A DNA stretch of 64,000 bases from Selaginella moellendorffii. Lineage: Eukaryota; Plantae; Lycopodiophyta. Made by a program: the position numbers and the translations under genes. Each line of letters starts with the position of its first letter. Within the stretch, counting starts at the first letter, position 1. The DNA lies in contig NW_003314277.1 of assembly GCF_000143415.4 (NCBI RefSeq), positions 1,202,652-1,266,651 on the forward strand, given 5' to 3'. A model generated the notes under the pieces. The model made no database searches and was not told where the DNA came from. It worked only from the letters and a program-made list of their open reading frames with translations. Below are positions 37,878 to 50,300 of this stretch, piece after piece.

Positions 37878-38785
37878 AAAGCCCACCGAGCAGTACGACT
37901 AACCAGGTTCTTCCGCTTCAATAATGAAGTAACAGTAGTATGGTCACCTTCAAGTAACATCTGAGAACCATGTAGATATGCATGAAGTTTCTCGAAACCC
38001 CAAACTGCTGCTAAACACTCCTTCTCCGTCGTGGAGTAGTTCATCTCTGCTGGTTGTAATGTACGGCTTATATACGCAATAGGATGGTGTTGACCAGGCA
38101 CACTCGAGCTCTCTTGCATACACACACCTCCAAGACCAATGTCAGAAGCATCCATGCGCAAAATAAAAGGTCGAGTGTAGTCAGGATATGCCAAAACCGG
38201 AGGAGTCGTCAATAGCATTTTGAGATCCCCGAACGCCTGCTCACAATCCGAAGACCAGATGAAAGATGATGTTGATGACTTCAACAATGCTCACAATTGT
38301 GCAGTGCGATCAGAAAGATGATCCACAAAACGACCGAGATACTACACCTTGCCCAAGAAGCGCTGCACATCATTCACACATTTCGGAGTAGGGAACTTTA
38401 GAACAGCCACAAGTTTGTCAGGATCAACTTGCAAACCCTCACGAGAAATACGGTACCCAAGATAAGTTGTATCCTTGGACCCAAACGCGCACTTTGACCT
38501 CTTCAACTTTAAACCAATATCGCGTAGCCGATCCAACACTTTACAAACATCACGAACGTGCTCCTCCCACGTCCCCTCCGAGTGAATCAAGACATCATCA
38601 ATGAAGTCGGCAGTCACCTCTGGCATATCACAAAGAACCTCGTCCATCATCCGTTGGAAAGTTGCTGGAGCGTTGTTCAAACCAAACGGCATCACCAAGA
38701 ACTTGTACAAACCAAACGGTGTACGAAAAGCAGTCTTAGGAATATCTTTTGCGGCCATTGGTACTTGCCAGTACCCAGAAGCAAG

Positions 38786-40581
38786 TGTGAGACACAAAAT
38801 CCCTAGGCCCCAAAGTGGAGACGGAAGGGCGCCATGTGGTAGTGGCCGAAGCGAGAGCCAAACGAGCGTAACACGTTTGGACCAAAAGCTCCAACTTGAA
38901 AAGTCAAGAGCGGGAGTGGAACTCCCAACGAAGTGCTCGAGGAACGTGCACGAAGCGAGAAAAAAGCGAGGCTCCAAAAAGGGACCCAAAAGGACCAACA
39001 CATGACACGTGGAAGTGTCCGAGATGGACTCGAGTTGGAGTCCGAAGTGGAGTCCGAGATGGACCCGAGTTGGAGTCCGAAGTGGAGTCCGAGATGGACC
39101 CGAGTTGGAGTCCGAAGTGGAGTCCGAGGTGGACCCGAGTTGGAGTCCGAAGTGGAGTCCGAGATGGACCGAGACGGAGTCCGATATGGAGTCTGAGATG
39201 GACCCAAGAAGGAGTCCGAGATGGAGTCCGAGATGGACCCGAGATGGAGTCCGAGAAGGAGTCCGAGATGGACCGAGACGGAGTCCGATATGGAGTCCGA
39301 GATAGACCCGAGATGGGGTCCAAGATGGAGTCCGAGATGGACCGAGACGGAGTCCGATATGGAGTCCGAGATGGACCCGAGATGGGGTCCGAGATGGAGT
39401 CCGAGATGGACCCGAGATGGAGTCCAAGATGGAGTCCGAGATGGAACCGAGACCGAGACCGAGACCGAGGCCGAGACCGAGACCGAGACCGAGACCGAGT
39501 CCGAAACCAGGACCGAGTCCAAGTCCGAGTCCGAGTTCGAGCCCGAGTCCGAGTCCGAATACTAATACAGGCAGTTGGGTGAAAGCCCAAAGCGATCGTC
39601 CCCCAGGGGGGGGGGGGCTGCGGGGGGTTCCAAAAGTATAGTAGGGAGAGTGTGGGGGTTGGAGCCCAGTGGAGCCAGTTGGGCCAGGAAGGGCCAGTTT
39701 GGTCCAGGAAGGCCATACCCAGTGTTGGGTGATGAGCTGGCCACTGGGAAGTCCAAGACTAGAGTGAATACGGACCGACAAGCGGGGTAGCTTGGTAAAG
39801 TGTTCAAGAGCCGGCTCTAGTTCCCCCGGGAGATCGACTGGCCGATGCTCCCAGTCCAAGTGTGGGTGGCACTACCTACTTGGATACCTGGTGTGGCTCA
39901 ACGGAACCCGCTCTAAGCCCATGGCTAGAGCACCCAAGGGCAGAAGGCGAGGAGAGTACCCAGGTGGCTCGCGTAAGGCCACGATGTTCCGAAATGTTGT
40001 CCCAAAGGCCCAGACTATGGAAAGGAAGAGGAGCAGTCCTCTGGGGTAGTGACCAAGGACACAGTCGTGTGGTGAGGAAGTCCCAGAGGACCGTGGGACT
40101 TAGTGGTCGGGCCTGTGGGTCTCGATTGAGTGGCAGTGTTGGCAAACATTGCCAGGGGCAGAAAGGGACTTAGTGGGGACTGACAGAGGGATGTTGGGGA
40201 AGGCTATTCCCCTTGTCGGTGGGCATCCTAAGGATGCTAAGGAGTGGATCTGAGATGACCACTCACGGATGGTTTGCATAGTCTTGGAGAGCCAAGACTG
40301 TGATGCAAGTGGTATTGGACTACCAGTGTGGCAAAGGTGATTGGGCATGGCCTTAGCGTAACGGGCTGCTATGTCGGTGGTACCTTTGAGTGTCGGTCAT
40401 GGGATCGAATACGTGGAGCACTTGGACCAAGTGCAAATGTTGAGTGGCATGGATGCCATTCTCGGGGCTAGCAAGTCCCAAGTCCTGGATTGGACTTATG
40501 GAGGTTGTGAATGAAACTCCTCCAAGTGGTTAGAGGTGTGGTTAAGTGACTAAAGTAGAATGGAAAATTTAGTCACTTACA
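38786..40581 (+). repeat. 5' LTR
   Basis: Highly similar to 44722-46477; followed by PBS. Confidence 0.92.
39016..39560. repeat. LTR-internal minisatellite (ggagtccgagat/ggacccgagat units, then (ccgaga)n); also at 44952-45285
   Basis: Direct reading of the tandem units. Confidence 0.92.
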
Positions 40582-40584
40582 ATT

Positions 40585-40596
40585 TGGTATCGGAGC
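40585..40596 (+). other. Primer-binding site, tRNA-iMet type
   Basis: TGGTATCGGAGC 3 nt after the LTR; one mismatch to the canonical TGGTATCAGAGC. Confidence 0.85.
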
Positions 40597-43500
40597 TGTT
40601 CCTTAGTTCGACTTTTATTGGTGCTCAAGTATATCACCACTGGTGTTGGCAACGGAAGGTCCGAGAAGTGGGCCTATCCTTGAGGAGTAGCAGGTTGGGA
40701 AGACATGGCTCTCCATTACAGTTCATGTGTGAACTTGTAAACAAGATGGTGGATAGAAAAGGGGCCAATAATGGAACGACTTTGGGATCTTGGGAACAAT
40801 GCAAGGTTTTCCTCATTGAGTTGAGGAGGTGATCCGGATGAGCGTTTGACTCAGCAAGCGGGCCAATTTAGTTGTGGTAAACAACTAAAGTTGGGATCAC
40901 AGGAAAGATAAAGACTCCAAAGCAATAAGGGAGTCACAAGATTATCCTCATATAGCTGAGGTTGGTGCTCATGAATGTGAGACCAGAAGTAATGACCGTG
41001 GGAGGTCAAATACGGAAGAGGACTCAAGTCCTTGAAATGGTAGCCGGGGCTACCTGTAATAAATGCTGGAACAACCCAAGGAGTTGGAGGGTGTACTTAG
41101 AGATGAGTTGGTATTCTCATCACATGGACAAGTAGTCCTAAGGGGTAGAGGTTGCCCCAGAGAACAAAAACAAGTGTCAGAGTAACACTTGTGAAAATAG
41201 TCCTTCTGAGTAGGACAGGAATGCAGAAAGTGTATTCCAGTGAGCTAGTGCCTCACAAGTGGGACCTTACGGGTCTGTGGATGAACCAAGTCCAAAACTG
41301 CTGGATGACTCAAGTAGAGTCAAGGAAAGGTCCTAAAAGGACTGATTGGAGCATTTGGACTGAGGTGTGTTGTACCCCATGAAGGATGGGGGGGGGGGGG
41401 ATCATAGGATCCAAGGATGAGAACAGAGGGTATCTCATCGATGGCAAAATGTGCCATGCTAAAGTTATGGGAAAGGTGTTCCCAGAAGAAAACAACTTTG
41501 ACACAAAGTTGTGTGTGACCTCTATGGTGCAGTGCTAACGGATGGTTGGCCTGAGAAAGAGCGGTGTTGGTCTTGGCAAAGACTTAAACACGAAGGGGAA
41601 GTGTCATAGAGGTAGGCTCGTGGAACCGATGGTGTGGAGACACCAAATGTGCCAAGGTGTGATACCTTGAGGCTATGTTGGTGGGTTCATGAGAACCCCT
41701 TGCCAAAGGAATCCTAATGGAAATGGGAATGGCATAGCCTAAGTTGCAGAGCATGCAGTTGGAGTGTGGTGACCCAGATAATGATGGAGGTGTGAAAGCA
41801 CTAAACAATGAGTTGTAAGACTTGACAACTATGAGGCAACTAAGCAAGAGGTGCAAAATAACTGGTTGAACGGGTAGAAGGTAGCTACCCAAGACGGGGG
41901 ATATACCCTTACGGGGGATAAGTTACTTGTGTTGCGATATAGTAAGTCAATGTCATAAAAGGAAATACTCATTGTCAAGAAAGCCATCATTGGGACACCC
42001 GAACACTCTAGAACATCAGAAAGTGGTGTTTGATGTCGCGAGGGCAATGGATAAAGCCCAAGGGACTAATTCCCTAGCGAATGATGGATAGAAGGTGCTA
42101 TCCAAATGTCCAAGGTTGCGGAGACAAGAGAGGACTGTCTACCCGAGTTGGACAAAGCCAAGAATGGAATTTTGGCAAGGCTAGTGATGGGCATGTAAAG
42201 GCCCATAAACAACAATGTAATCCCAGTGTGTGGGATTATAAGGTGAGCATACCCGGATTGAGGAACCACTCCCTGGGCTATTGGGTAGGTTCATCCCTAA
42301 GTATACTTGCTAAGGCATGATAGAAAGTGCAAAGCTATCCTCCTGGTCTGGAGGAGAATAACCAAAGGAAACATATGGGGCCAAAAGGCAAGTAGTATTG
42401 GGATGGAACTGAACCATAGAAATCGAAAGGCATAACCAAGGTTGGTTATGCCAGCTGGGAGTGGAGAATCAAGTGGGGGCTCGAGGGTGTTGCCGCTAGC
42501 AACCGTGATGCCATGGAGAGTCTAAATATGGAATTGTCCATGTTAGACTATGTGGCAATTGGAAAGCTTGCAAAAAGGGAGGCCTTAGCAAGCTAAGGGA
42601 CAGAGTTCCTTCAAGGTTCCCAAAGACGATTCTAGGTAGCTTAGTACCTAGAAAGGCCAAGTGTAAATGGTTCATAGAATGCGCGAAATCAGAGTGGCGC
42701 AGCAGAAGCGTGGTCTTGAAGCTTGCCATGAGGCAAGGCTATCAAGGTTAGGGAAGTAGTTCCCGAGTGTTCAAAGAGAAGGCTTTGAACGAAAGTCGAG
42801 GATCAAGGGCTTTCACGCTTGTGCATGAACCATATTACAGTGGCCGGATGACTTGCTAAGTGAGGTTGGCAAGTCGGGGGGAACGAATACCCTAGTTGAA
42901 GGAGCCAACTTCAAAGGGGTGGCCTATGGGGCCGAGCATGGAGGAGTCCATGCATGATCACAGGCTTGTCAAGTGAGAGGACTTGGCAGTGCGAAGGAAC
43001 TAGGTTCCTAAGCTGTGATCTGTAGCGCGCTTTAAATATAAGTTGGTGCACCGGCGTGGGGAGTCACGCCAGGCATCCGGTGTGATGCCATCCGTATATG
43101 CATATACGGAGGTTGGGTTCGAGTCCCGACCCTCTAGTGCTTGGGTTCGAGTCCCAAATCACTAGGGCGTGGTGATGGTTTGGAATATGAGGACACTCAT
43201 ATTTCGGTGGTCATGGACTCTCAGTGTGGAGACTGGTTTGGGCACACCGCCAAGCGAGGGATGCCTCAGAGTTGTGATGCACGGTTAGATTGCTTAGTGT
43301 GAAAGCTCGGCATATCTAACTTGAATGCTTTGGTGCAAGTGGCACCAAGGACGTGGTGAGTGAGATGGGGACACCTAATCTCAGTTGCTATGGGCCCTTG
43401 GCCGGAAGGGCTGGCTTGGGCGCACCGCCAAGTGTGGGGGATGCCCCCGGGGTCGTAGTTAACAAGTTAAAGGTCTGGAAGACCTAGTACCTATTGGCAA

Positions 43501-44486
43501 ACCTGTTAAGGTGCCGAGGTGAGATAACTAGGTGATCTTGTGGCTAAATAAAGACAAGGTCCTTGTTTGGGTTAAGGAATAAGGTTCCTAGTTCAAAGTG
43601 TTGATTTGAACTATTGATGATGGTGTGGCTTGGTCAAGGTGACCAAGTGGGAAAAGCACCTTAGGGAAATGAGCTATGTCATTGCGATGGCATAGTGTGT
43701 CCAAGGAAAGTAGTCTCTAAAGAGACCCATGGGAGGGTCACAAAGTTGGGCCGTGGATAGAGCCCACAGCAGAAGATGCTAAAAGAGACTTACTAGGGGT
43801 GAACACCCTAGTCTTGGCAAAGCAGAGCCTTTGCTATGGAATCAAAAGAATACCTCAAGGAGGGAGGTAGAGATTCGATGTTGTTTGGTGCAACAATCAA
43901 CGGATAGGAGCAAAAGATGAGTGGCCAAGATAGGGCCGTGGAATCCCTTGTAAGGAATCCAAGTGACAAAGTTAGGCGAGGAGCATTAATGTGTTGGACG
44001 CTAACAAATTGCGGGAAAGGAAGCGTGTTTCCAAGGATGGATTCCGAATTGCTCCGATTTGGCGAAAGTGGAAGCTCCAAGGGAGGGAGCGGTAAGGTAG
44101 CCAAATGATAGGGCCATGGACAGCCCTAGCACAAAGTATGATAAATGGAACTTAGTGCCCAAGGTGGCACGAAATAGAAGAGAGGATGATGGTGCCCTCA
44201 AGTAATGAGCTTCCTAGGATGGGGAAGTGGAGTTGCACAATCGGTGCAATGCAAGGTGTTGGAGACACTTAGGAAATTGACTTCCAAAAGTCAAAAAAGT
44301 AAAAGTTCCAAGGTGTAAACGTTCAATAGATGGAAATTGAGACTACTCGAGAAGGAGTAGTGGGATTGACTTAGAGAAGGGTCTCTAAGAGGTTTAGCGA
44401 GAACTAAACCAATAAAAGGAGAGAACCACTACATGTGGTCCAATCAGTCTCTAAGTTGGAGAGACTACCCTCCTTAGAGGATAGGC

Positions 44487-44616
44487 AAGGCATGGTGAAC
44501 CTTCAATGTCAAACCATTGACGAATATGGAGAAGGCATGGTGAGCCTTCAATGTCAAACCATTGACGAATATGGAGAAGGCATGGTGAGCCTTCAATGTC
44601 AAACCATTGACAAATA
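44487..44616. repeat. 3 x 45-bp tandem repeat just upstream of the PPT
   Basis: Unit aaggcatggtgagccttcaatgtcaaaccattgacgaatatggag. Confidence 0.92.
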
Positions 44617-44721
44617 TTGGCTAGGTGCCAAGGATGGAAATGGTAACACATACGAGTGTTACTTTACAAAATGGTTTACCGTTCGATGAGGACATCGAAC
44701 TTTGTCTATGGGTGGTGGAGT

Positions 44722-46477
44722 TGTGAGACACAAAATCCCTAGGCCCCAAAGTGGAGACGGAAGGGCGCCACGTGGTAGTGGCCGAAGCGAGAGCCAAACG
44801 AGCGTAACATGTTTGGACCAAAAGCTCCAACTTGAAAAGTCAAGAGCGGGAGTGGAACTCCCAACGAAGTGCTCGAGGAACGTGCACGAAGCGAGCAAAA
44901 AGCGAGGCTCCAAAAAGGGACCCAAAAGGACCAACACATGACACGTGGAAGTGTCCGAGATGGACTCGAGTTGGAGTCCGAAGTGGAGTCCGAGATGGAC
45001 CCGAGTTGGAGTCCGAAGTGGAGTCCGAGATGGACCCGAGTTAGAGTCCGAAGTGGAGTCCGAGGTGGACCCGAGTTGGAGTCCGAAGTGGAGTCCGAGA
45101 TGGACCGAGACGGAGTCCGATATGGAGTCCGAGATGGACCCGAGAAGGAGTCCGAGATGGAGTCCGAGATGGACCCGAGATGGAGTCCGAGATGGACCCG
45201 AGATGGAGTCCGAGATGGACCGAGACGGAGTCCGATATGGAGTCCGAGATGGACCCGAGATGGGGTCCGAGATGGAGTCCGAGATNNNNNNNNNNNNNNN
45301 NNNNNNNNNNNNNNNNNNNNNNNNNNNNNNNNNNNNNNNNNNNNNNNNNNNNNNNNNNNNNNNNNNNNNNNNNNNNNNNNNNNNNNNNNNNNNNNNNNNN
45401 NNNNNNNNNNNNNNNNNNNNNNNNNNNNNNNNNNNNNNNNNNNNNNNNNNNNNNNNNNNNNNNNNNNNNNNNNNNNNNNNNNNNNNNNNNNNNNNNNNNN
45501 NNNNNNNNNNNNNNNNNNNNNNNNNNNNNNNNGGGGGGGGGCTGCGGGGGGTTCCAAAAGTATAGTAGGGAGAGTGTGGGGGTTGGAGCCCAGTGGAGCC
45601 AGTTGGGCCAGGAAGGGCCAGTTTGGTCCAGGAAGGCCATACCCAGTGTTGGGTGATGAGCTGACCACTGGAAAGTCCAAGACTAGAGTGAATACGGACC
45701 GACAAGCGGGGTAGCTTGGTGAAGTGTTCAAGAGCCGGCTCTAGTTCCCCCGGGAGATCGACTGGCCGATGCTCCCAGTCCAAGTGTGGGTGGCACTACC
45801 TACTTGGATACCTGGTGTGGCTCAACGGAACCCGCTCTAAGCCCATGGCTAGAGCACCCAAGGGCAGAAGGCGAGGAGAGTACCCAGGTGGCTCGCGTAA
45901 GGCCACGATGTTCCGAAATGTTGTCCCAAAGGCCCAGACTATGGAAAGGAAGAGGAGCAGTCCTCTGGGGTAGTGACCAAGGACACAGTTGTGTGGTGAG
46001 GAAGTCCTAGAGGACCGTGGGACTTAGTGGTCGGGCCTGTGGGTCTCGATCCAGTGGCAATGTTGGCAAACACGGCCAGGGGCAGAAAGGGACTTAGTGG
46101 GGACTGACAGAGGGATGTTGGGGAAGGCTATTCCCCTTGTCGGTGGGCATCCTAAGGATGCTAAGGAGTGGATCTGAGATGACCACTCACGGATGGTGAT
46201 GCAAGTGGTATTAGACTACCAGTGTGGCAAAGGTGATTGGGCATGGCCTTAGCGTAACGGGCTGCTATATCGGTGGTACCTTTGAGTGTCGGTCATGGGA
46301 TCGAACACGTGGAGCACTTGGACCAAGTGCAAATGTTGAGTGGCATGGATGCCATTCTCGGGGCTAGCAAGTCCCAAGTCCTGGATTGGACTTATGGAGG
46401 TTGTGAATGAAACTCCTCCAAGTGGTTAGAGGTGTGGTTAAGTGACTAAAGTAGAATGGAAAATTTAGTCGCTTACA
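44722..46477 (+). repeat. 3' LTR (contains an assembly gap)
   Basis: Copy of 38786-40581 with scattered SNPs and a ~28-bp deletion. Confidence 0.92.
45286..45531. other. Assembly gap (N run)
   Basis: 246 N between the minisatellite and the G-tract. Confidence 1.
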
Positions 46478-47392
46478 GCAAGATCTAACTTGGTGAACCA
46501 ACGACTTCGCCCTAGACGATCCAAAAGATCAGCAGTGTGAGGAAGAGGGTACACATCCGGGATCGTCACTTCATTTAATGGACGATAGTCGATGCAGAAA
46601 CAAATACTCCCATCAGGCTTCGTCACAAGATGAGGTTCACATGCCCAAGGACTCCGCGACTTCCGAATAACACCCTTCTCCAACATCTCCTTGACGTTTG
46701 CACGTAAAATCTTGATCTCCTTGGATGACCGACGACAAACAGGAACCTTGATTGGACAAGCATCCCCGGTTGGAATCGGATGACGTGTGGCAATCTTGGC
46801 CCCAGACGATAGGTCAAAATCAAAGAGATCAGAATACTCCTTCATGAGCCGGTCAACAGCTGCAACACAAAGATCATCGGAGGGATCGGAAAAGGGAAGA
46901 GCAGAACAAGATGGAAACGTAGGAGGAAATAGTGGGGAAACAAAAGTAATAGAAGCAGAGGTAGAAGTAAAAGGACGAAAAGGTACGGAAGTGAGAGGAA
47001 TGAATGAAATATAAGGAAGTATGAGACAAGGGGGAGAAGCCTCAAAGTCACACTTAGCATGATTGCGCTGCAATCAATCCATACCAAGAATGAGGTCAAA
47101 AGCTTGACTCAGCACCGCCCGCAATGACTGCAACTCAAGCTCAAGATTGCCCACATGCACAACCAGGTCCGCCTCATCTCGTGCACATGCATGGGTACGG
47201 CCGTTGCCATAAAGAATGAAAACTGGATCCGCCGCACGACGCAAGTGTAGACGACAACGTGTGGTAACAGGTCGAGCAATAAAAGATAAACTCGAACCTA
47301 TATCAACCAACACGGAGAGAATAATAGGAGACCTCTTGTTATAAAAACGAGCTTGGAAAGTAAACACTGGATGAACTGGTGCCGAGTGATCG

Positions 47393-50300
47393 TCTAGATC
47401 TAGCTTTTTTCCATTCCCTTTCTTTTGTTATTCCTTTTTAGGATTTTGGTTTAGATCTAGCTTTTTTACATTGTCTAGATCTTCTATTTCCTTCTCACTT
47501 TTTTGTCGTTTCTCTTCTTTCGCTCTTTCTTCGTTTGTCTTTATGGTAGATCAGCAATCTCCTCCTTTGACTCTGGAGCAGCAGTTGGTACAATTGCTTG
47601 ATGCTATGCGTTTGCAATTGAACAACCAAACTCAGTTGATGGCGGCATTCACGGCACGTGGTACAACCCCTCCTACTCTTAGTGCTAATCCTCGCATTCG
47701 GCCGGAGTTCTTTCGTGGGAATCCTAGGGATGATGTGTACCATTGGTTCGATCACTTCACAGTGATTGCCACATATCATTCTTGGGATGATGTTCGACGT
47801 TTGCGTGAGTTTCCCACATGTCTCCAAGGGACAGCATTGCAATGGTACAATGGCCTGAGCACAGCTACTCGTGAGGACTGGAGTGTTCTCCTGGACGTCT
47901 TCAAACGCGCCTTTGGACATGCCAACGACTATGATGATGCCTTCCAACAATTGCATCATATTTGCCAAGGGCCATCTGAGTCGGTGATGCAATTTGGCGT
48001 TCGTTTCCGAAGTCTTTTACTTCGTGCGGAGCCAAATATATCGGAGCGGATCAAGCTAAGAATGTTGTGGCCAGCACTTCATCAAAATTTTGTCGGACTT
48101 GTGCATGCACTTGCTCCTGCCACCCTTGACGATACTCTTTGTTTAGCATAGCGTTATGAGACGTCACCTCTTCCACTTCTCGCTACACGTCTTTCAGCTC
48201 CACTTCCTTTGGGTGATGGTCCTGTTCCAATGGAGGTTGATGCTACTGCTGCTCGCGTCCAAGGACAAGGTCAAGGACGTGGTTGTGGTTGTGATGTTCG
48301 CTGCTAGGCGTGTGATGAAGTTGGTCATACTTATCAGCATTGTCGATAGTTTCCGAATTGGCGACCTCCATTTCCTGGGTGGCGACCTTAGCATCAGCAA
48401 TGTCCTGTTGGTGCTACTGCAGTTGATGGTTTGGACACCGAGTTACATTCGGGAAACGAGGAGTCACGCAAGTAACGGAGGAACCTTGCGCAAATAAGTT
48501 AGTGACCCCTTTATCTTTCTTTCGGGAGTATCATCAAAGGGTTCACTCAGCACCGGTTCATCAAGTGTTTACTTTCCAAGCTCGTTTTTATAACAAGAGG
48601 TCTTCTATTATTCTTTCCATGCTGGTTGATACAGGTTTGAGTTTATCTTCTATTGCTTGACCTGTTGCCACATGTTGCTGTTTACACTTGCGTCGTGCGG
48701 CAGAACCAGTTTTCATTCTTTATGGCAACGGCCGTACACATGCATGTGCACGGGATGAGGTGGACTTGGTTGTGCATGTAGGTGATCTCGAGCTTGAGCT
48801 GCAAGCATTGTGGGTGGTGCCGAGTCAAGCTTTTGACCTCATTCTTGGTATGGATTGGTTGCAACGCAATTATGCTAAGTGTGATTTTGAGGCTTCTCCC
48901 CCTTGTCTCATACTTCCTTATGTTTTATCCATTCCTCTCACTTTTGTACCTCTTTGTCCTTCTACTTCTACCTCTGCTTCTATTACTTTTGTTCCCCCAC
49001 TATTTCCTCCTATATTTCCATCTTGTTCTGCTTTTCCCTTTTCTGATCCCTCTGACGATCTTTGTGTTGTAGCGGTGGACCGGATCATAAAGGAGTATTC
49101 TGATCTCTTTGAATTTGACCTCTCGTCTGGGGCCAAGATTGCCACACGTCATCCGATTCCAACCGGGGATGCTTGTCCAATCAAGGTTCCCATTCATCGT
49201 CGGTCACCCAAGGAGATCTGGATTTTACGTGCAAATGTTAAGGAGATGTTGGAGAAGGGTGTTATTCGGAAGTCGCGGAGTCCTTGGGCATGTGAACCTC
49301 ATCTTGTGACGAAGCCTAATGGGAGTATTCGTTTATGCATCGACTATTATCCGTTAAACAAAGTGACGATCCCAGATGTATACCCTCTTCCTCACACTAC
49401 TGATCTCTTCGATCGTCTAGCGCGAAGTCGTTGGTTCACCAAGTTAGATCTTGCTTCTGGGTACTGGCAAATACCGATGGCCGCAGAAGATATTCCTAAG
49501 ACTACTTTTCGTACACCATTTGGTTTGTACAAGTTCTTGGTGATGCCATTTGGTTTGAACAATGCTCCAGCATTTTTCCAGCGGATGATGGACGAGGTTC
49601 TTTGCGATATACCGGAGGTGACTACTGACTTCATTGATGATGTCTTGACCACTCGAAGGGGACGTTGAAAGAGCACGCTCGTGATGTTTGTAAAGTGTTG
49701 GATCGGCTATGCGACATTGGTTTAAAGCTGAAGCGGTCGAAATGTGTGTTTGGGTCCAAGGATACAACTTATCTTGGGTACCGTATTTCTCGTGAGGGTG
49801 TGCAAGTTGATCCTGATAAACTTGTGGCGATTCTAAAGTTCCCTACTCCGAAGTGTGTGAATGATGTGCAATGCTTCTTGGGCAAGGTGCAGTATCTCGG
49901 TCGTTTTGTGGATCATCTTTTTGGTCGCACTGCACCGTTGCGAGCGTTGTTGAAGTCATCAACATCATCTTTCATATGGTCTCCGGATTGTGAGCGGGCG
50001 TTCGGGGATCTCAAAGAGCTGTTGATGACTCCTCCAATTTTGGCATATCCTGACTACATTTGACCTTTTATCTTGCGTGTGGATGTTTCTAACATATGTC
50101 TTGGAGGTGTGTTGATGCAAGAGAGCTCGAGTATGCTTGGTCAGCACCATCTCATTGCGTATATAAGCCGTATATTACAACTAGTGGAAATGAACTACTC
50201 CACGACAGAGAAGAAGTGTTTAGCAGCAGTTTAGGGTTTCGAGAAACTTCATGCATATCTACATGGTTCTCGGACGTTACTTGAATGTGATCATGCTGCT

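Larger units (their letters stand above)
38786..46477 (+). mobile_element. Non-autonomous LTR element (LARD-like), 7.7 kb, nested in RT
   Basis: TSD GCAAG (38781-38785, 46478-46482); LTRs 38786-40581 and 44722-46477, TG...CA; PBS TGGTATCGGAGC 40585-40596; PPT ~44710-44721; no gag/pol-like ORF in the 4.1-kb interior. Confidence 0.92.
34933..47392 (-). mobile_element. Ty3/gypsy LTR retrotransposon, 5'-truncated (PR-RT-RH-INT-3'LTR), split by two nested insertions
   Basis: Protease LVDIGSS (47074-47367); RT broken at WFTKLDLA|SGYWQ; FIDD; RNase H; integrase HHCC and DDE region (35355-36725); PPT ~35110-35124; ~177-bp LTR 34933-35109. Confidence 0.92.

Noticed and set aside
38342-39859. 505-aa ORF apparently fusing a repeat protein to RT
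   Set aside because: Read-through from a stop-free LTR minisatellite into the interrupted RT; the junction is the GCAAG TSD
43021-43167. tRNA gene or SINE
   Set aside because: T-loops are present but there is no acceptor stem, anticodon arm or convincing A-box
44487-44616. CRISPR-like array
   Set aside because: Pure tandem repeat without unique spacers; eukaryotic context with no cas genes
38786-46477. Retrozyme (hammerhead-containing LTR element)
   Set aside because: I found no CUGANGA...GAAA hammerhead core by eye on either strand, and the element is much larger than retrozymes
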